A stretch of DNA of 20,000 bases from an uncultured virus (IMG/VR IMGVR_UViG_3300029951_000024). Taxonomy: Duplodnaviria > Heunggongvirae > Uroviricota > Caudoviricetes. A program made the position numbers and the translations under genes. Where the stretch lies: IMG/VR virus record IMGVR_UViG_3300029951_000024. One strand, given 5' to 3'. Under the pieces are notes generated by a model. The model had not been told where the DNA came from, ran no database searches, and saw nothing but the letters and a program-made list of their open reading frames with translations. Positions 16,483 to 20,000 of this stretch are shown piece by piece (the stretch's first letter is position 1; each line of letters starts with the position of its first letter).

Positions 16483-17048
16483 ACGCCATAGACGAAAACC
16501 ACCATCGCAACAGCAGGCTGCGCCGGCGTCCCGATGTGTTCCACTACTCGAGATATTGGGGGACCTGGAGCCGGGTGCTGACGCCGTATTCAGACTCCCC
16601 GGTGGTGGAGCTGAATCTCACGCCGATAAACTCCTGGGCCAACGAGGTCGAGCCGATCATCTTCCGCAGCCATCGCACGTCGCTGGATCAACGCGACCAG
16701 CTGCGCGAGGAACTTCCGACCGAGGTGAAGTTCTCAATCATCCAGCAAATCGGCATCGATCTGCTGACGCGCCTCGTATCCACTGACTGGCTGCCGCTGC
16801 TGGACATGGCGAAGGTGCACCGCGGCCGCCACGGAGGCGGAGGCCTGCCATTCGCCGAGTGCGCTGCGGTCGCGTGCACCGAATGCAAGCCATGCGACTG
16901 CGCGTGCCACACGCCGGGAGGCTCGGTCATCATGGAGTTCGTCGCGTGCTGCGAGGAATGCCCGCACTGCAAGCAATGGCGGCGCGTCCCGGCAGATCCG
17001 AAGCGGTCTCGCTTCCCCACGATCTATAACGGGGGGATCCGGACGTGA
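16479..17048 (+). CDS. Hypothetical protein with a Cys-rich C-terminus
   Basis: 189 aa; CTECKPCDCACH...CCEECPHC. Confidence 0.65.
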   Translation: MNAIDENHHRNSRLRRRPDVFHYSRYWGTWSRVLTPYSDSPVVELNLTPINSWANEVEPIIFRSHRTSLDQRDQLREELPTEVKFSIIQQIGIDLLTRLVSTDWLPLLDMAKVHRGRHGGGGLPFAECAAVACTECKPCDCACHTPGGSVIMEFVACCEECPHCKQWRRVPADPKRSRFPTIYNGGIRT

Positions 17049-17476
17049 ACCGAAGCGAGTTCCTGGCGATCATGGGCGGCCTGATCGCCGCTGCCCACGC
17101 TGCACCGACGCGCGAGCAGTCCGTGCGGTACCGATTCCCCGCGGACCCTGGCGGCCCGTATGTCTTCATTCCCTATGCGGTCTATCAGGAGCGGGGCGGA
17201 TACCCCGCACCGCTGCTGTCGCGCGTGAAGGCAGAGACGCTGTGCACCATCGCCTACGGCCGGCGCATGTGCATCGAGTGGCAAGTTGCGCGCCTTACGC
17301 CCGAGTTCGGCCGCGACCAAGTTGTCATGCTCGACCTCCGCAACAGGCTCGAGCCTACGATCGACGGCGTGGTGCCTGACTGGCTGCGCATCGAGCTGCA
17401 TTCATTCAGGCCGCTTTACGGTGGGGCGCCGCCAATCTCGGACAATGCGCCGCGCGTGCTGGAGTGGGTGGCATGA
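17045..17476 (+). CDS. Hypothetical, possibly exported protein
   Basis: N-terminus MNRSEFLAIMGGLIAAAHA is signal-peptide-like. Confidence 0.55.
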   Translation: MNRSEFLAIMGGLIAAAHAAPTREQSVRYRFPADPGGPYVFIPYAVYQERGGYPAPLLSRVKAETLCTIAYGRRMCIEWQVARLTPEFGRDQVVMLDLRNRLEPTIDGVVPDWLRIELHSFRPLYGGAPPISDNAPRVLEWVA

Positions 17477-17646
17477 ATCAGAAGCTGACCGAGTCCGCTG
17501 AGGACAAGATCGCTGCGGACCTCGACCTGAAAGAACGGGTGACGCTCAAGAGAATGTGTCGCGAGCATGGGGTCGATAGAGCCACGTTGTATCGCGCGCG
17601 CGAAAGGTCAAGGGAAAGGGCGAAACGCGACAAATCAGCGTTCTAG
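17473..17646 (+). CDS. Small HTH DNA-binding protein
   Basis: TLKRMCREHGVDRATLYRA, a resolvase-type HTH. Confidence 0.7.
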   Translation: MNQKLTESAEDKIAADLDLKERVTLKRMCREHGVDRATLYRARERSRERAKRDKSAF

Positions 17647-17726
17647 AACATAACGCACCTACAGTACATTTCTTTCCGTCCTACAGACACTTAGCCGTAG
17701 CAATTTGAGTTTTTCGGGGGTTTGAC

Positions 17727-18251
17727 TTGAGCAACGAGACGGTGCAGCACTGGGATGGATCGCGCCATATTGAACTGACCAAGGAGCGCTCGGAAGCCCT
17801 GGTCTACGCGGAAGCACGGCTGCGCCCGTGGGCCAACTGGATCCGCGACAGTCGCGAGTCGCTGGGCTTCCCCACGATATCGCTGCTGTACAAGGCGATG
17901 CGGCAGAAGACCGTGCGCCTGCGCCGCGATCCCAATAGCAACCCCATGAGCAAGAACGCGGACCACACCAAGATGGGCGGCCCGGAGTTCACGGCTATCG
18001 GCAAGGAGACGCGATCCTTCAAGCCGAACACGGTGGCCGAGCCTACTGAAGCTGTCGCGGATGTGGACGCGGTAGTGAACACGCTCCCGAAGGAACTGCG
18101 CGAGGTGGTGGTGGCCGACTTCTTCGTGTACGGCCCCATCGAGACACGCGCGCGTAGCCTGGGTCTGCGCAAGGCGACCTACAGCGCGCTGCTGCGGGCG
18201 GCGAAGTACTCGGTGTACACGGGGCTCGCGAGCAAAGCCCCGGTAGCGTGA
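17727..18251 (+). CDS. Putative late antiterminator Q-like protein
   Basis: RLRPWANW...LGFP N-terminus and a sigma4-like C-terminus VDAVVNTLP..LREVV...RARSLGLRKATYSALLRAA; located at the end of the nin-like block. Confidence 0.7.
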   Translation: MSNETVQHWDGSRHIELTKERSEALVYAEARLRPWANWIRDSRESLGFPTISLLYKAMRQKTVRLRRDPNSNPMSKNADHTKMGGPEFTAIGKETRSFKPNTVAEPTEAVADVDAVVNTLPKELREVVVADFFVYGPIETRARSLGLRKATYSALLRAAKYSVYTGLASKAPVA

Positions 18252-18649
18252 AACCGCTCTTTCGTGTGAACAGCATGGCGGATGACCTCATGAGGGAGGC
18301 TCTGTGCTCCACCAATGCCGCAGCGCCGATGGCCGCCGAGCCGCCGACCGCGGCCCAGGTCATGGCCGATATCCAGACCCTGTGGAGATCGATGAAGGCG
18401 CAATTCGGTGAGCTGGCTCCGCCGCGCTATGACGTGTATCCCAACCCGTTCATCACCGAGGCCTACGAGTTGCGCAAGCCGGCGCCCATGCTGGAAGGCC
18501 TGCCGATCTTCGCCGGCGGCCGCAGGGTCATGGTGGTCCCGAAGGATAGCCTGGACGTGGTGGTGCGCGCCCTGGTCGAGTCGGGCGCTGATGTGAGGGT
18601 CGCACCCGTCTACTGCCCGCCCAGCCAGCCGAGAGGGGAAGAAGCGTGA
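18248..18649 (+). CDS. Hypothetical protein
   Basis: GTGA-coupled 133-aa ORF. Confidence 0.6.
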   Translation: MKPLFRVNSMADDLMREALCSTNAAAPMAAEPPTAAQVMADIQTLWRSMKAQFGELAPPRYDVYPNPFITEAYELRKPAPMLEGLPIFAGGRRVMVVPKDSLDVVVRALVESGADVRVAPVYCPPSQPRGEEA

Positions 18650-18873
18650 CCCACAAGATGAGACTCGCGGTTGCGACCGCTGCGCTGCTGGCGCTCAGCG
18701 CCTGCGATTACGGGCGGATCACCTTCGATCCGGGAGAGTGTAAGGCGACTGACATGCAAGAGCGGGGGACACGGTCAGAGATGGTCATGATCGGGAAGAT
18801 CATGATGCCTCGCGATCGGCCTGTGGAGCTGTACCACGTCGAGTGCCAGCGCGACGAATGGGGGAACCAGTGA
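18646..18873 (+). CDS. Small lipoprotein
   Basis: KMRLAVATAALLALSA-C lipobox. Confidence 0.75.
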   Translation: MTHKMRLAVATAALLALSACDYGRITFDPGECKATDMQERGTRSEMVMIGKIMMPRDRPVELYHVECQRDEWGNQ

Positions 18874-19370
18874 GGCGGAAGGTCCCATTCACCCCGGCAT
18901 GGCGCGTGCGCGTGGCGGAGCGCGTGGCGGAGCGGAAGGTGCTGTCGAAGCTACACGAGGATTTCGCCCCGATCCTTGAGCGCTGGCAGGCTGCGCAGTG
19001 GCACCCGCCGTACCCGCTGGATACCGAGCTGACCACGGCGGGCAGGCTATCGGTGATCCTGCGCTGTGGGAGAGAGCCCGCACCGCAGCGGCTGCTGACG
19101 ATCAACGTCGGGCAAGACCCCAACTCCTACGTGCTGGGAGTCACAGTATGGGAACCGTTGCGGAAGGCCTGTGAGTACGATGCGGCCGTGTTCGAGACGG
19201 TGGCTGGCTTCGCGAGCAAGCGATTCGGGGACCTCGAGCAACGGCTCCCGATGAACCCCAGCGGCTACGCACAGGCGCAGTACGTGCTCGACGCGGCATC
19301 GGACGACATCTGGGCCCTGGTCGATGACCTCTTGCACCCTCGGCACTTCGTGTCCGTGGTATCGCTATGA
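18870..19370 (+). CDS. Hypothetical protein
   Basis: GTGA-coupled 166-aa ORF. Confidence 0.6.
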   Translation: MRRKVPFTPAWRVRVAERVAERKVLSKLHEDFAPILERWQAAQWHPPYPLDTELTTAGRLSVILRCGREPAPQRLLTINVGQDPNSYVLGVTVWEPLRKACEYDAAVFETVAGFASKRFGDLEQRLPMNPSGYAQAQYVLDAASDDIWALVDDLLHPRHFVSVVSL

Positions 19371-19486
19371 GCCTGGAGAGCGCGGGCTGGTTCCTCGTAC
19401 GGATCCTCCAGGGGACGGCGCTGTACCTGGCGGTCATCGATCTGACAGCGGCGATCGTCCACTACCTCAACACCGGGACGCTGTAA
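19367..19486 (+). CDS. Small membrane peptide (39 aa)
   Basis: MSLESAGWFLVRILQGTALYLAVIDLTAAIVHYLNTGTL; ATGA overlap; last ORF of the operon. Confidence 0.5.
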   Translation: MSLESAGWFLVRILQGTALYLAVIDLTAAIVHYLNTGTL

Positions 19487-19605
19487 GCCCCCCACACCCC
19501 CCGTTCGATCACTGCAGGGGAGGGCATGTGCACCGCTTCCCATGGGCTGTACACCCTCCTGCGCACGCTCCAGACACCGATTTGCACCCGATTTGAAAAT
19601 ACCGC

Positions 19606-19636
19606 TTGCGTTCTAGAACGAAACCTACCGTATAAC
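19606..19636 (+). promoter_or_regulatory. Putative late promoter (pR'-like)
   Basis: TTGCGT and TATAAC with an atypical 19-bp spacer that overlaps the palindrome CGTTCTAGAACG; AT-richer non-coding DNA downstream of the Q-like operon. Confidence 0.5.
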
Positions 19637-19791
19637 GTCAGCCTCGACGGACACCCAGTCACATCCACCCATGTGCTGCTGTCCCGGTCTCCCACGCCAC
19701 GTCGCTGAACCCCCTTCGCGTTCGCTGGCGTGCAGTCTTTTCCCGTCGCCTGCGTCAGTCAGGATCAATGGCGGGGAGAGAGTTAGTCCAA

Positions 19792-19824
19792 CCGCCCCGG
19801 GCCTGAACCCCCTGGGGCGGGTTT
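19792..19824 (+). terminator. Intrinsic terminator (tR'-like)
   Basis: CCGCCCCGGG / CCTGGGGCGG stem followed by GTTTT. Confidence 0.7.
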
Positions 19825-20000
19825 TAAATACCTGCAACATGATGACTTGCTTTTGAGAAGCGAGCGCATGTGCTTACGGCACTTATAAAAGGTTCATACG
19901 TCTTTGCCCGCGCAGCCGTCCGCCGTCATGAACGAGCGGCCGCACTGACGGGCTGGGCATCCCGTTCCTGGCTCGCGCGCGATTGAGCTGACACGTCGTT

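Larger units (their letters stand above)
1..20000. mobile_element. Temperate lambdoid-type prophage/phage, early region
   Basis: Gene order int-xis-recombination-cI/cro-replication-nin-Q. Confidence 0.95.

Noticed and set aside
19487..20000. tRNA gene after Q
   Set aside because: No cloverleaf with a T-loop GTTCRA was found by eye.
1..20000. CRISPR array, retron/DGR reverse transcriptase, att site
   Set aside because: No spaced repeat array and no RT motifs. The att site would lie beyond the integrase 3' end, outside the window.

Overview
A high-GC, tightly packed early/middle region of a temperate lambdoid-type (pro)phage, probably from a proteobacterial host (inference). The leftward operon (minus strand) runs from a pL-like promoter near 8640 through small ORFs, an ERF annealase, an HNH-AP2 endonuclease, a YqaJ exonuclease, a coiled-coil protein, SSB, DUF1367/DUF1364/DUF3268-like genes, a CsrA/RsmA homologue and a DUF4224 Xis-like gene to a tyrosine integrase cut by the window edge. 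The immunity region holds a short XRE repressor without a peptidase domain, a YdaS/Cro-like gene and five copies of a 14-bp operator. The rightward operon carries a CII-like gene, a ParB-like-domain/HTH protein, an SF2 helicase, a Toprim primase, a nin-like block, a Q-like antiterminator and a pR'/tR'-like late leader. Most notable: (1) an exact 23-bp element containing a palindrome occurs both inside the ParB-like gene and 7.7 kb away in an intergenic gap of the left operon, suggesting a parS-like site pair; (2) a multi-hairpin non-coding element of about 300 bp follows the primase; (3) the SSB DDDIPF tip is followed by a hydrophobic 22-aa tail; (4) the phage encodes CsrA; (5) one promoter-like module is repeated upstream of Q and upstream of the late leader. 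Family assignments come from motif recognition by eye; no database search was run.
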